Source: the human T2T-CHM13v2.0 reference genome, Homo sapiens
Assembly (NCBI RefSeq): GCF_009914755.1
Contig: NC_060929.1
DNA length: 64,000 bases
Reading direction: 5' to 3' (one strand)
Shown here piece by piece: positions 18,473 through 31,775 of the stretch. Below the pieces are notes generated by a model. That model was not told where the DNA came from. It saw only the letters and a program-made list of their open reading frames with translations, and searched no databases. The position numbers and the translations under genes are program-made. Within the stretch, counting starts at the first letter, position 1. Every line of letters begins with the position of its first letter.

Positions 18473-18603
18473 TATAAGGGGCTTTTGATCTCCTTGTGTG
18501 GTAGCTGTTTTCTTGTATCTTGAGGCCTTATTTGCAAATACCCAAAATGATGGATGACCAAGGTCGTTCTTGTGACACAAGTTCTTATAGGACTGGACAA
18601 ATC

Positions 18604-18692
18604 CTCCCATCCAAGTACTAACCAGGCCTGACCCTGCTTAGCTTCAGAGATTAGATGAGATTGGGTGTGTTCAGGGTGGTATGACCATAGAC
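18604..18692 (-). pseudogene. 3'-truncated 5S rRNA retropseudogene (nt 1-89 of 5S)
   Basis: Minus strand GTCTATGGTCATACCACCCTGAACACACCC...GTTAGTACTTGGATGGGAG has 80/89 identities to recalled human 5S, mostly CpG decay. Flanked by 17-bp direct repeats with 2 mismatches (18589-18605, 18693-18709). Confidence 0.93.
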
Positions 18693-19659
18693 AAGACTGC
18701 ACAAATCCTACTGAGCTTCTTATTGACCAAACCGTTCTGCAGAAGACCAGGATGAGGTGATACCCTTACGTGGCCCTGGTGCCCTTGGCTCTGCCACTTC
18801 CCACTTCCCTCTTTCTTTATGCTCAGCAAATGGAGTAGGCCAAGAACAGGGCCTCAGGAGTCAGGCAGCCTGGGGATGATAACTGGCTGTGCCATTTATT
18901 GGCTGGAAAAATTTGGGTGAATCAAGCTTCTCTAAGCCTCAGTTTCCTTATCTATAAAATGGGATTGTTGTACATGAAATAATTCCCATAATTCACTAAC
19001 CAAAATTACCTGGCTTTCAGAAAAGTGCTCAGTAAATGACAAACACCAATACTAACACCTCACATTCTTTTCACAGTAGAGCTTTTTGAAAGGTTTATCT
19101 TCATGCTGTCTTTGTTTCAATTTATCCTTTGCTTTCTTCATGCCCCTGAAATTACATTCCCTAATTCTACATATGTGCCCTCCCTTCCCCTATACCCCGT
19201 TGCTGAAACTACTGGATGACACTTTCTTTTCTACTTGACTTTTCTTTCCTCTTTTGGCACTATTGAACACACAACAGTTTTTTTGAAACCCTTTCATCCT
19301 TTGGTTCATCCCTTGAAACTGTTCTCTCCTGGAAGGTTTGAGCATGGGGAGTACCATGACCAGATTGCTGCTTTAGTAAAATCAGTCAATTTGGTGCTGA
19401 TCAGTTTAGAAAAAAAGAAAAAAGAAAAATAACTCGAAAGCACACAACAGTGCCTGACACGTACATATTCAGAGAATTATTATTAATAATTTACAGAGAA
19501 TTATTATTAACTTCTGTGTTCCACAGCATCCTTGCATAGCTCTGTAATCTCACCCATCCTACTGTGGTATTATCTTGTTTTCCTTAAAATAGACTCCTTG
19601 AAAGCAGAGACCTCCTACTCACTGATGTCTGGTTCCTGTTTACTTCTGGTACCATAGGA

Positions 19660-20381
19660 GGATTATACTTCTCTTTGGGCAGTGCCATGTGACTTCCCTT
19701 GGATAGTGACATGCAAGCAGAAGTCACTCCTAGGTGGAACACATTTACTTGGCAGTTGTTATGGACTGAATGTGTCCCTCCAAAATTTATATGTTGAAGC
19801 CCTAACCCCCAGAGTGACTATATTTGAAGATGGAGTCTTTAAGGAGGTGATAAAGGTTAAATGAGGTCATGAGGGTGGGGCCCTAATTCAGTAGGATTTG
19901 TGTCCTAATAAGGAGAGAAAGAGGTGCCAGATCTCTCTCTCTCTCTCTCTGTCTCTCTTTGCACAGAGAGAAGCCATTTGAGGACACAGTGAAAAGAAGC
20001 TGTCTACAAGCCAGGAAAAGGGCCCTCACTAGAGACCAACTCTGGTGGCACCTGGAACTTGGACTTCTAACCTCCAGAACTGTGACAAAATAATTTTCTG
20101 TTGTTGAAGGCATCCAATCTGTGGTACTTTGTTATGGTAGCACACACTAATACAACAGTGTTCAACCCTTCAGTGTATTGTTCTCTTGTGTGGCAAATGT
20201 GAAATTGTGTGTTGATACGGAAATGCAATGCTGAGCTACTACCTGGGGGAAAGCAGTCCCGGAGAGCCCTTAGATCTGCAGCAGACTTTAGATGAGTGAT
20301 AAATGAATCATTGTTGTCTGAAGATGTTGAGATTTTGGGGATTTGTTAATGCAGGAAAGCCTAGCTTATAGGACTAAAACA
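19660..20381 (+). mobile_element. Older MLT1 (I/J-like) MaLR LTR split by a younger MLT1
   Basis: gccatgtgacttcc...gcagaagtcac on the left and ttgagattttggggatttgttaatgcag...gactaaaaca on the right. Boundaries approximate. Confidence 0.6.
19757..20154 (+). mobile_element. MLT1A/B-type MaLR solo LTR
   Basis: tgttatggactgaatgtgtccctccaaaatttatatgttgaagccctaacccc...actaataca, with TG...CA ends and near 5-bp TSD gcagt/acagt. Confidence 0.88.
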
Positions 20382-20564
20382 GAACTCTATCTCTAGAGCC
20401 TAATGCCAAATTTAGCACATGTAAGACATTAATTAATAAATGGAGTGGAAAGAACAAATGAATGAAGAGATACCAGTAAAAATAAAAACAAGCAAATAAC
20501 AAAAACAAAAACAAAAACACAACAACAACAACAAAAAACTCCAAAACCCAGAAGGGCATTTCCT

Positions 20565-23194
20565 TATGTTTGGGTATTGGTGTCCCCACCCAAATCTCAT
20601 CTTGAATCCCCATGTGTTATGGGAGGGACCTGGTGGGAAGTAATTGAATCATGGGGGCGGGTCTTTCCCATGCTGTTCTCGTGATAGTGAATAAGCTCAC
20701 AAGATCTGATAGTTTTAAAAAGAGGAGTTTCCCTGCACAAGTTCTTCTCTTGTCTGCTGCCATGTGAGACATGCCTTTCACTTTCTGCCATGATTGTGAG
20801 GCCTCCCCAGCCACATGCAACTGTAAGTCCAATAAAGATCTTTCTTTTGTAAATGCCCAGTCTCAGGCATATCTTTATCAGCAGCATGAAAATGGACTAA
20901 TACAGTAAATTGGTACCAGTAAAGTGGGGCAATGCTGAGAACATACTTGAAAATGTGGAAGTGACTTTGGGCACTGCTGAAAAGATACCCAAAAATGTGA
21001 AATTAGGTAACAGGCAGAGGTTGGGACGGTTTGGAGGGCTCAGAAGAGGACAGGAAAATGTGGGAAAGTTTGGAACTTCCTAGAGACTTGTTGAATGGCT
21101 TTGCCTAGAATGCTGATAGCAATATGGACAATAAAATCTAGGCTGAGGTGGTCTCAGATGGAGATGAGGAACTAGTTGGGAACTGGAGCAAAGGTGACGC
21201 TTGTTATGTTTTAGCAAAGAGACTGGCAGCATTTTGCCCCTGCCCCAGAGATTTGTGGAACTTTGAACTGCAGAGAGATGATTTAGGGTTCTGGTGGAAC
21301 TAAGCAGCAAAGCATTCAAGAAGTTATGTGGTTGCTGTTAAAGGCACTCGGTTTTATAAGGGAAGCAGAGCATAAAAATTTGGAAAATTTGCAGCCTGAC
21401 AATGTGCTAGAAAAGAAAAACCCATTTTCTGAGGAGAAATTGAAGCCAGCTGAAGAAATTTGCATAAGTAATGAGGAGCCAAATGTTAATCCCCAAGACA
21501 ATGGGGAAAATGTCTCCGGAGCATGTCAGAGGTCTTCACAGCAGCCACTCCCATCACAGGCCCAAAGGCTTTGGAGAAAATCGTTTCGTGGGCCAAGCCC
21601 AGGGTCCCTGTGCTGTGTGCGGTCTAGAGACTTGGTGCCCTGTGTCCCAGCCACTCCAGCCATGACTAAAAGGTGCCAAAGTACAATTCAGGTTGTTTCT
21701 TCAGAAGGTGGAAGCCCCAAGCCTTGGCAGCTTCCACGTGGCATTGAGCCTGCGGGCGCACAGAAGTCAAGAATTGAAGTTTGGTAACCTCTGCCTAGAT
21801 TTCAGAAGGTGTATGGAAACCCCTGGATGCCCAAGCAAAAGTCTGCTGCAGGGGTGGGGCCCTCATGGAGAACCTCTGCTAGGGCAGTGCAGAAGGGAAA
21901 TGTGGGGTTGAAGCCCCCACACAGAGTCCCTACTTGGGCACCTCCTAGTGGAGCTGTGAGAAGACGGCCACCACACTCCAGACCCCAGAATGGTAGATCC
22001 ACTGACAACTTGCACTGTGAGCCTGGAAAAGCCACAGACACTCAACGCTAGCCTATGAAAGCAGCCAGGAGGGAGGCTCTACCCTGCAAAGCCACAGGGG
22101 CATAGCTGCCCAAGACCATGGGAACCCACCCCTTGCATCAGTGTGACCTGCATATGAGACGTGGAGTCAAAAGAGATCATTTTGGATCTTTAAGACTTGA
22201 CTGTCCTACTGGATTTCAGACTCGCATGGGGCCTGTAGCCCCTTTGTTTTGGCCAATGTCTCCCATTTAGAATGGCTGTATTTATCCAATACCTGTACCC
22301 CCATTGTATCTAGGAAGTAACTAACTTCCTTTTTTTTTTTTTCAGATTTTATTTTATTTATTTACGTATTTTTTTAAGACAGAGTCCCACTCTCTTGCCC
22401 AGGCTGGAGTGCAGTGGCACCATCTCGGCTCACTGCAACTTCCGCCTCCTGGGTTCAAGCAATTCTGCAGCCTCAGCCTCCAAGTAGCTGGGACTACAGG
22501 CTTGCACTAAGTCTGGATAATTTTTGTATTTTTAGTAGAGATGAGGTTTCACCATATTGGCTAGCCTGGTCTTGAACTCCTGACCTAAAGTGATCCGCCC
22601 ACCTCGGCCTCCCAAAGTGTTGGGATTACAGGCATGAACCACTGTGCCTGGCCAGCTAACTTGCTTTTGATTTTACAGGCTCATAGATGGAAGGGACTTG
22701 CCTTGTCTTGGAAGAGACTTTGGACTGTGGACTTTTGAATTAGTGCTGAAATGAATTAAGCCTTTGGGGGACTGTTGGGAAGGCATGATTGGTTTCGAAA
22801 TATGAGGACATGAGATTTGGGAGGGGCCAGGAGCAGAATGATATGATTTGGCTGTGTCCCCACTGAAATCTCATCTTGAATTTCCATGTGTTATGGATGG
22901 GACCTGGTGGGAGATAATTGAATCGTTGGGGGCAGGTCTTTCCCAAGCTGTTCTTGTGATAGTGAGTAAGTCTCACGAGATCTGATGTTTACTATAAGGG
23001 AGAATTTTCCTGCACAAGCTCTCTCTTTGCCTGCTGCCATCCACGTAAGATGTGACTTGCTCTTCCTTGCCTTCCACCATGATTGTAAGACTTCCCTAGC
23101 CATGTAGAACTGTAAGTCCATTTAAACCTTTTCTTTTGTAAATTGCCCAGTTTTGGGTATGTCTTTATTAGCAGTGTGAAAATGGACTAATGCA
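20565..23194 (+). mobile_element. THE1 (THE1A/B-like) MaLR retrotransposon: 5' LTR about 20565-20904, internal 20905-22838, 3' LTR 22839-23194
   Basis: Two THE1 LTRs ending in ggactaataca/ggactaatgca. The internal region begins gtaaattggtacc and ends with purine tract gggaggggccaggagcagaa. ORF 21326-21787 is a THE1-internal remnant. Confidence 0.93.
22334..22653 (-). mobile_element. AluS-type SINE inserted in the THE1 internal region
   Basis: Reverse Alu with TSD aactaacttcctttt / agctaacttgctttt. THE1-int continues on both sides. Confidence 0.92.
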
Positions 23195-23587
23195 AAGTCT
23201 TTGCTTTGGCTGACTAGTTAGTAGTAAATAATCTTTTATATTTCTATAGCATTTACCAAAGACTTGCATACCTATTACTCTGTGTGATCCTATACACCAT
23301 TCTTAGGGCCAGGTACCTGGGGGAAGTGTATCTCAGAAGTATTAATGGTGGCAGAGTGAGAACTCAAACCCTGGTCTCCTGACTCCTGGTTCAGATCTCT
23401 GTCCATTGCCCCTTAACGTCAAATAAGGCCAAACTTGTGGACTGTAGTTGCATAGGCTGTCATCAATCAGCAGGGGTCCTGGCCACAGTGCACCTGTCTT
23501 GTGCCAAGCTAGCCTGCCCCTTGGCAAGAGAGGCTGGAACACATGTTCTAATAATGGAAATACTGGGATTCATGCCCAAAGGATGTC

Positions 23588-24200
23588 AACACACACTCTC
23601 TCTCTCTCTCACTCTGTCTCTCTCTCTCATGTTTATATACAGTTCTACACAAATTCCAGCAATATACAAGTCCCTTAATGTGCACACATGTATAGTCATA
23701 CTCCCATACTGGTACATTTAAATACTCTTTTACTTATTCACTTGTATTCATATGCACACACATTCACATTCACATGCACATGCATGTACACACATGTAAA
23801 CATGCCTACTCAAATGCGGATACATACTTAAATATCTCTTTATATATTCACAAATATCCACATACAAATACCCAAAGAAAATAATACACTCCATGCACAT
23901 TCGTTCTTAAGTACTTTCACATCTCCTACATGTATGCAAACTCACAGATACATGTGTATTCATATGTACAGATTTCCACATGTACAAATATAAACATAGA
24001 AATACACATACTTATATCCATACCTATAGATCATACACATTTCTCTTTGAAGTTACATGTCTACACATGTTCAAATTAGCATCACATATACACATGCCTA
24101 TGTATGCCACTGCACAATTCCACGATCCCTCAGTATATACCTCCACATACATACTACACAGATCCATAGATGCTCCAGTGCACACACTTACACACATTTG
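23588..24200. repeat. Degenerate (CA/TA)-rich low-complexity tract beginning with (CA)n(CT)n
   Basis: Repeated cacacat/catatac/tacaca units over about 600 bp. Confidence 0.8.
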
Positions 24201-24305
24201 TCCAGACAAGCTAGAGGTTTTCATCTGAGTTTTAGCTCTTTGTAGAATACCAGAGGGGCTGCTCTAGATCAGGATTCCCTTTCCTCTTTTCCTTTGTGCG
24301 TTTCT

Positions 24306-24631
24306 TTCTTTTTGTTTTTCCTTTTTTTTTTTTTTGAGACAGAGCCTCACCCTGTTGCCCAGTCTTGAGTGCAGTGGCATGATCACAGCTCACTGCAGCC
24401 TTGACCTCCTAAGGCTCAGGTGATCTTCCTGCCTCAGCCCCTGCTCCAGGAGTAGCTGGAACTACAAGCATGTGCCACCATGCCCTGCAATTTTTTTTTT
24501 TTTTTTTTTTTTAGTAGAGACAGGATTTCACCATTTGCCCAGGCTGGTCTCGAACTCCCGGGCTCAAGCAATCTGCGCACCTTGGCCTCCCAAAGTGCTG
24601 AGATTACAGGTATAAGCCACTGCATGTGGCC
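24306..24631 (-). mobile_element. AluJ-type SINE
   Basis: Reverse Alu with J diagnostics and a long middle T run. Imperfect TSD tcctttgtgcgtttct / tcccttgtacatttct. Confidence 0.92.
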
Positions 24632-25832
24632 TCCCTTGTACATTTCTGTTTCAACTTTTACCTTCCTCTTGCTGCACAGACTCAAAGAGAGTCCCAGAAA
24701 AGGTCAGATAAAGGACAGGCAGTCTCAGCCCTCTCCTTGTCAGGACTGGATAGAGACCCCTGTTGCTTTGCTGGCTGCCTCTCTGCTCTCAGGTCTGTTA
24801 GCTCCGGTGAATAAAGCCAGGTCCTGGGAGGTAGGCAGTTAGGCCTGGGGACTCCAGCTGTTTATAGAGCTGCTATGCACTCCTGCTTTTTCTGGAGAAC
24901 AAACACAGCCTGGAAAGTTTCTGAAACCCGGACTATGTCCATATTACCTTGGACCCATGGTGCACAACTAGCTGTTTGTGTGGTTGGAGAGGCAGAACCC
25001 AGGCTGGAAGTCAGGGAGCCTGGGCTGACTATGCCACTAATTAGCTGTGTGTGTGTGTGTCCATGGGCAAGTGCAATCCTCTCTCTGGCCTCCAGTTTCT
25101 ATGTCTGTTCAAGCTGAAGTTCCCTTTTGCTCTAATTCTCTGTAATGAAAGGAGACAAGGAAGGGCTGGGTAGTCCCAAACATTCAGGAATTAAATGTTT
25201 ACATTTGGCTTAGGAGACCACGCACTGAGTTCAAGTTCTACCCTTGCTACTTATTAGCTGTGTGTCCTTAGGAAAATAACCTAATTTTCTGATCCTCAGC
25301 TTTCTCATCTGTAAACTGGAGATAAACTTTCCCACTTTATGGGGGTTGTTATCAAGCCTAAATTAGGTGATAGATACAGAAGTGCTCTGTTCACTGCCTG
25401 GTATGTAGTAGCATATAATAAGTTCTTCAAGAATAAGTTGCTTTTCTTGTTATTATACTAATAGCAGTTTCCCAAAGCCACTTTGAGTGACAAGAAAAGA
25501 GGCTTGAATGGGAGAGTCGTCCAAAAGTTTTGGTAGGTGGAATCCAGAGGGAAAAGAAGCTGAAGGGAGGGGAATCTTTGAGCACTGCAGAGAGCATCAG
25601 ACCTGTGTTTCTACCACACCTATTTCTTGCTGTGTGACCTTGCTCAAGTGACCTTACCATTCTAACAACCAGATTCTCTCTCCAGAAAATAGAGAGCCAG
25701 ACTAGGCAATTTCTTAAGTTTTTTTTTTTTTTTAGATCTGAGAGTTTTTTCCCCTATATCATCTGTAAACACACAAATAATTAAGTTAAACACACAAATA
25801 ATTAAGAAGCCAGTGAGGAAAAAATCATAGTA

Positions 25833-26021
25833 CATAAGTCTTCATTTAACATCATTGACAGGTTATTGGGAACAGACTTTAAGTGAAATGACATATAGCA
25901 GTTTATCAAATAATGTTGTTTTGTTATAATGTTGATGAGAAATAAAATTGGTTATGTTGTAGTCATTTTGTTGAAAGTTGCAGGTTCTAAGAACCTATTG
26001 GTGATGTTAAGTGAGATCTAG
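25833..26021. mobile_element. Palindromic TcMar-Tigger MITE (MER6B/C-like)
   Basis: Long imperfect terminal inverted repeats (tcttcatttaacatcattgacaggttattgggaac / gttctaagaacctattggtgatgttaagtgaga) with TA on both flanks. Confidence 0.7.
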
Positions 26022-27110
26022 TAAGATATATTATGAGATATATATAAGAAATACTATATTATGAAATATGCATGCTTGGAAATAGCACCTCCTGCCCTAC
26101 TTTGGATTAATTTTAATAAATAGGGAGAAAACTATGTCATTTGTGGTCTACCCTCAAGGCAGTACATCATAACTGATCCTTCATTTCCTGTCGGAAGATT
26201 ATTTCTTTCTACTCCAGGAGACCATCTCCTCTGGGGTCCTTTGTTATCTCCATTATCATTACTTACTATTTTCTCTTGAGGGGAGCTGGGCATGGCATGA
26301 TATTGGGTTGGATTTCCACTTTTGATGCACTTAGACTGTTGCTTACGTGTACTTTGTAGGTCCTGGTCCTCCAATTTTTTTAGTCTGTGCTCTTTGGAGT
26401 TATAGCAGTGTGGCACAGAACAAACATTTATCTACGGTTATGAGAACTGGATCTTAATCCTTGCACAGTCACCAAGTAGCTTTGTGATATGATCTGTACA
26501 AACCTCCGTTTCTTCAGCTGTAAACTGGGGAACATAGCATGCCTATTTTACAGAGTGGTTGTAAGACTACACACGTGGTGAAGGAATCACGTGAGAGCAT
26601 GAATGTGAAAATGTGCTGAAAATGATAAATGGCATGTAACAATAGTTGGCATCATTGCAACTGCCCTTTGTGTCAGGCACTGTGCTTTGCACTTTCCATG
26701 CTTTATCTCTTAATACTCACAGCAGGCCACAAGGTGGATGCTACTGGCATCCCTATTTTTAACAGATGAGAAAGCCAACTTAAATACCTTGGCCAAGATC
26801 ACAGAGCTGAGCCTCAGATTTTGTCTGGGCTTTGAAGACTGTGTCTAATTACTCTGCTACACCATTTCTGTAGAAAGCAAAATGCAGCAGAAGTGAAGTC
26901 TGGAAAGGTAGTCAGAAGATGTGGGGTGGGAAATGGGGGGTGAGGGTTGTGGAGGTGGGAGTGGAGAGGAGAGGAGGAATAAACCAAGGCTCAAAGAAGT
27001 CTAAGGATTGCTCAAGATTACACAGCAAATCATCAATGATAATGTTGGGGCTGCAGTGTCAAGAGTCTCCATCATCATCACCATCATAAAAAATGCTTGG
27101 TGAACATTTA

Positions 27111-27603
<493 letters not shown>

Positions 27604-28249
27604 TCAGTGTATGTGACTCCAGAGCTGGGCTTTTAATCACCATGGGAAGTAAGGCTATATCTTTCTTTTTTAGGAATCTGTATGAAGGAATTAAGTCTCT
27701 GTTTGGTCATTATCAGGAAACGAGTGCTGATATGTGCACCTGTCCTCAAATAACCAGTTCCTTTACAGAACCAGGTGGTCCACTCCCTGACTTGGCTTGA
27801 TAACCATTTACCATTGAGGAAAAAGAGTGGAAGTGTCAACACTCACTGTACAGATTATGATTAATACAAATGTCAATATGCTTCTGATCTCAGAGGAGGG
27901 GAAGAAAAGCAGAGGGGCTCATTAAGAGTGCTTGTAAGACATACATTCAAAGGTGAAAAAAACTTGGCTATTTATTTGACCTGGATATCCAGTGAAAAGC
28001 ACCCATGTTTGTTCCTAGCTAACAAGTGGGACCATCTCCATTTGGAGATAAGAGGCCTGTTACTTTAGGGAGTTTCACCAGTTGTCCTTTGAATGTGGGA
28101 ACAGTCTTCGTGACCATATCAAGACAGGCCACCTCACCTACTGAACTCAGTGATTTCTGCCAGCCTGGGACTGAAAGGTTGGATGTAATCTCCATAAATG
28201 CTTAGGACCAAATACTGGTTTTAATTGATAAGCAATATAATTGATTTGG

Positions 28250-28985
28250 TTTATTTATTTAAAAAACTGTTGAGTATCTGTTATTGAATCACTGTGCTAG
28301 CTGCTGGGGTTCCCACAGGAAATGAAACAAGATACCAGCCCCCAAGGAACTTACAGTATAGTGACAGGAGGGACACATAAGCAGGTTGGTACAGTGGTAA
28401 TTGTAAGTGACAAGTGCTGTTGTGGAAACTGTAAAATGTATTATGAGAATGGACAGAAGGGACCCATCCCAGCCTTGGGTGAAGGGCACACGTGAACTCA
28501 CACACACGTACGTGCATGTTACAGTGGGGAGGCTTTCTATGGAAATAATTCTAAGCTGAGTCTTAAAGGAGAATAGGAATTGGCAAGGGAAAGGAGGCTG
28601 GAGTGGGTGCTCTGGGCAGTGGCCTAGCAGCCACCACCAGAAGCCTGTAAAGCAGAGAGCGAGAGACGACCTGGCTGGAGAGCTGTAAGCAATCGGTGCA
28701 GCTAGAGTATGCAGTGGGAGAGGGAGGAAATGAAGCAGGGTGAATCACAGGGAGCCTCCTCAGCTTTGCAAAAGAACTTGGGTTTAATGCTGAGGGTGAT
28801 GGGGAGCCATAGGAAGGGTTTAAATAGGAGCAGTGACGTGGTTAGATTTGTGTTTTGGAAAGGCTAGTGTGGGATAAAGTAGACTGGAAGGGGGCAAGTT
28901 GGAAGCCAACGAGAACCCTTTGCAGTCATGTAAGCCAGCCATGATGGAAGCCTGAACTAGATTAGGGGCGGGTGGATGTTCCGAA
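28250..28985 (-). mobile_element. L2 LINE relic
   Basis: ctaagctgagtcttaaagga...gagggtgatggggagccataggaagggtttaaataggagcagtgac...gttagatttgtgttttggaaag. Boundaries approximate. Confidence 0.65.
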
Positions 28986-29685
28986 ATGGATAGATTAGAG
29001 TTAACTTTAGGCTGCCCTGATTATTTTTTTTCACAAGCTAGATCACTTCCTTAACATAAGTACAATTGATTTTTCTGTTGAAAAAACAAAAACAAAAAGT
29101 CTGAGAAAAGTTTTAAAATATCATTACACTTATTCATAATTACTAATATAATATTCACCCCTTGCAGAAATTTGAAAAATATATAAATACTGTAGGAAGA
29201 AAATAAAAATTATTCATAACTTTTTAATTCAGAGATAATCATTCTTACAATTTTGGTATTTTTTTTCCTAGGCATTTCTTCTAGTGTAATAGATTCATTC
29301 TAAACTTTTTTACTGTGAAAAGTTTTAAATGTATTCAACAGTAGAGGAAATATACAATTAACCCAATATACCCATTTCAGCTTGTATAACCAGCAGTCTT
29401 CTGCCATTCTGCAGTTGAATGTTAAACTTAAAAACAGGTCTTCACATTTTCTTTTACTCTAAAAATTTGACTTGTTGTATAATTTTGTTTTTGTAATCCT
29501 GGGTGTTTGGCAGGTGCTTGCCCTGCTAGGTCTTTGGCTATTTTCAGATATTATGTATTCACTCAAAACATTTAATGTGACAGTAAAGACATCCGAGCCT
29601 CATGGTATACCACTGGAGACTTGAGAAAAACCCAGCTGATTCCCCACTTCCTTGGTGGAGACCAATGCAGAGGATAAATATTTCA

Positions 29686-29811
<126 letters not shown>

Positions 29812-31589
29812 TCAAGAGAGATTCCTGCTTAGCCCCAAGGCCATGGAAGAACCCACAGGGTAGGACTCATTCCCAGAACACTGACTTCTGGAATGGATCG
29901 CCTTTGGTGGAGGAGATCCTTGCTTGCTCTCCACCCCACCCCCAAGCACCTGGGATTCCCAGCCACCATTTAACATCTCTATGCCAGACTTCCTGGTCCC
30001 CAAGTGAGCACCAGGTACAGAATACCAGAGGCTGAGCTGAGATGTACTTTCATTAACACAGGATGATTCATCAGCCGCCATATGGTTGAAATTCCTTCCC
30101 CAAGTCCCATTGGCTGCCTTTCAGCCACAAATTAGTGGCTGAAATATATTTATGTCTACAACATTTGGAGGCCATCTTGGGAATTACAAGGAACAGCAAG
30201 CTCCTTGCCTTCAACTTATGAACCAAGAATGATTGTCTGAAAGGCATTGATGGGAATTACCAGCTGAGGAATCCAGAAGGAACCTCAGGGGAAGTCCACA
30301 GACTTTGTTAAATACTTTCTGAGCAAGTCTTTTGAATCCTACTGCAAAGCGTAGGAAAGAAATGGAGGATTATTCACTGGTTTGCTGTCTCATTCCTAGA
30401 GGAGATGTTGTCTCATTGAAGCCCAATCTCTTCACTTTATAGTATTAATTATAGCAGTTGCCATTTACTAAACATTACGGGGGTTCCTGCTGTGCTGAGA
30501 GTATTATTAACATCATTTCATTTCATCATTTCAACAACTCCAGGAGAAGGTATGGTTATTACCTTCATTTTACAGGAGAGAAAACAGAGGCTCAGAGAAG
30601 CTATTTGTTCATGCCTACATAACTAGTAAATGGGTGAGTCAGAGTTTGAGTTCAGATTTGTCTAACTCCAAGGGTGCTCATCTTAATGGCTATTCTGTAG
30701 GAAACAGGTTTAGAGGAAGGAAGGGGCATGCTCACGATCACACAGACAGTGGCAGAGTCCAGAATTTTCAGCACTGGGTTTCCAAATAAGCTGACAAAAA
30801 GGGCTGACATAAAATAACCAAAGAGAAATGCAAGACCATGGGTAAGAGTGGTAAAAGCAGCAGGAGTCCAGGTGAGAGAAGTTCTGGAGAATAAGGCACG
30901 AAAGACCTCAGAAAGGTGGTGGCCTGGAGATGACTTTGAAGGTGAATAGGACTTGGATAAATGGTCACAGCCCTTCACATAAAGATTGTAATTTGCAATT
31001 TGTGATTTGCTTTTCAGGTCCACTTTCTTGATTCCTATGAGGTACTGAGGTAGACAGGGCAGAATTCTTGTTCCTACTTGACAAAGGTAGCACCAAGAGT
31101 TTTAGTAACTCACCTAGGCTCATTCAACTAACAAGTGGTAGAACCAGGACTTGAACCAAAGTTTTCTGATTGTGGAAAGAAGAAAGTAGATATGTCCTTA
31201 TGCCCTCTGGCACCCATTGCATTCTGTCCCTCTTGAAAAAGTAGCCCAAGCATTTTGCTCAAACTAAGCTAGGATCAGAAGTCTTGGCATATAGGAGGGG
31301 ACTCAGTCTTGGGATGAGAAACTAGGTTTTTCCTTCAAGGGATTATCAGGATTTCTGGGTTTTGGACATAACTCCAGCACTCACTGGTTGTTTACCTCGG
31401 CCATGCCTTTTCTCTGTCCTGGGCCTCAATTTCCTCATCAATCTGGAGAGAGAGTAAGTAGCTCTTGATCTAGGCGGTCATTCTCAGCTTCAGTGGTTTG
31501 GAATTCCTTTATGGAAGCTATCCATTTACATTTCAGGGTTGTAAGATTTTAGGGCTGGAAGGTTTCTTAAAGGTCACCTCATCAATTTC

Positions 31590-31775
31590 TTCCCAAACTG
31601 AAGTGCAGACAGGGTTATCTGCAGAAGAATCATCTGGGAACCTGTTAAACTACAGATTCTTTGGCCCAACCCCACACTAAGTAAAACCAAATCTCTGGAG
31701 GTTAGCCCAAGAGTCTAGTGTTCAGAGAGCTACCTGGGTGAGTCTCATGCACAGCCAGGTTTGGGGACCACTGCT
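31590..31775. mobile_element. MER5-type hAT-Charlie MITE
   Basis: gaatcatctgggaacctgttaaactacagattc...gcacagccaggtttggggaccactg. Confidence 0.7.

Noticed and set aside
20477-20538. Orphan A-rich tail as a poly-A-only retroinsertion
   Set aside because: No convincing TSD. Could be simple-repeat growth next to an L2 end.
21326-21787. 153-aa ORF as a domesticated retroviral gene
   Set aside because: Ordinary THE1-internal remnant surrounded by stops and frameshifts, with no evidence of constraint.
30119-30144. 10-bp stem hairpin tttcagccac/gtggctgaaa upstream of exon 3
   Set aside because: Short enough to arise by chance in 64 kb and about 315 nt from the acceptor. No supporting evidence.
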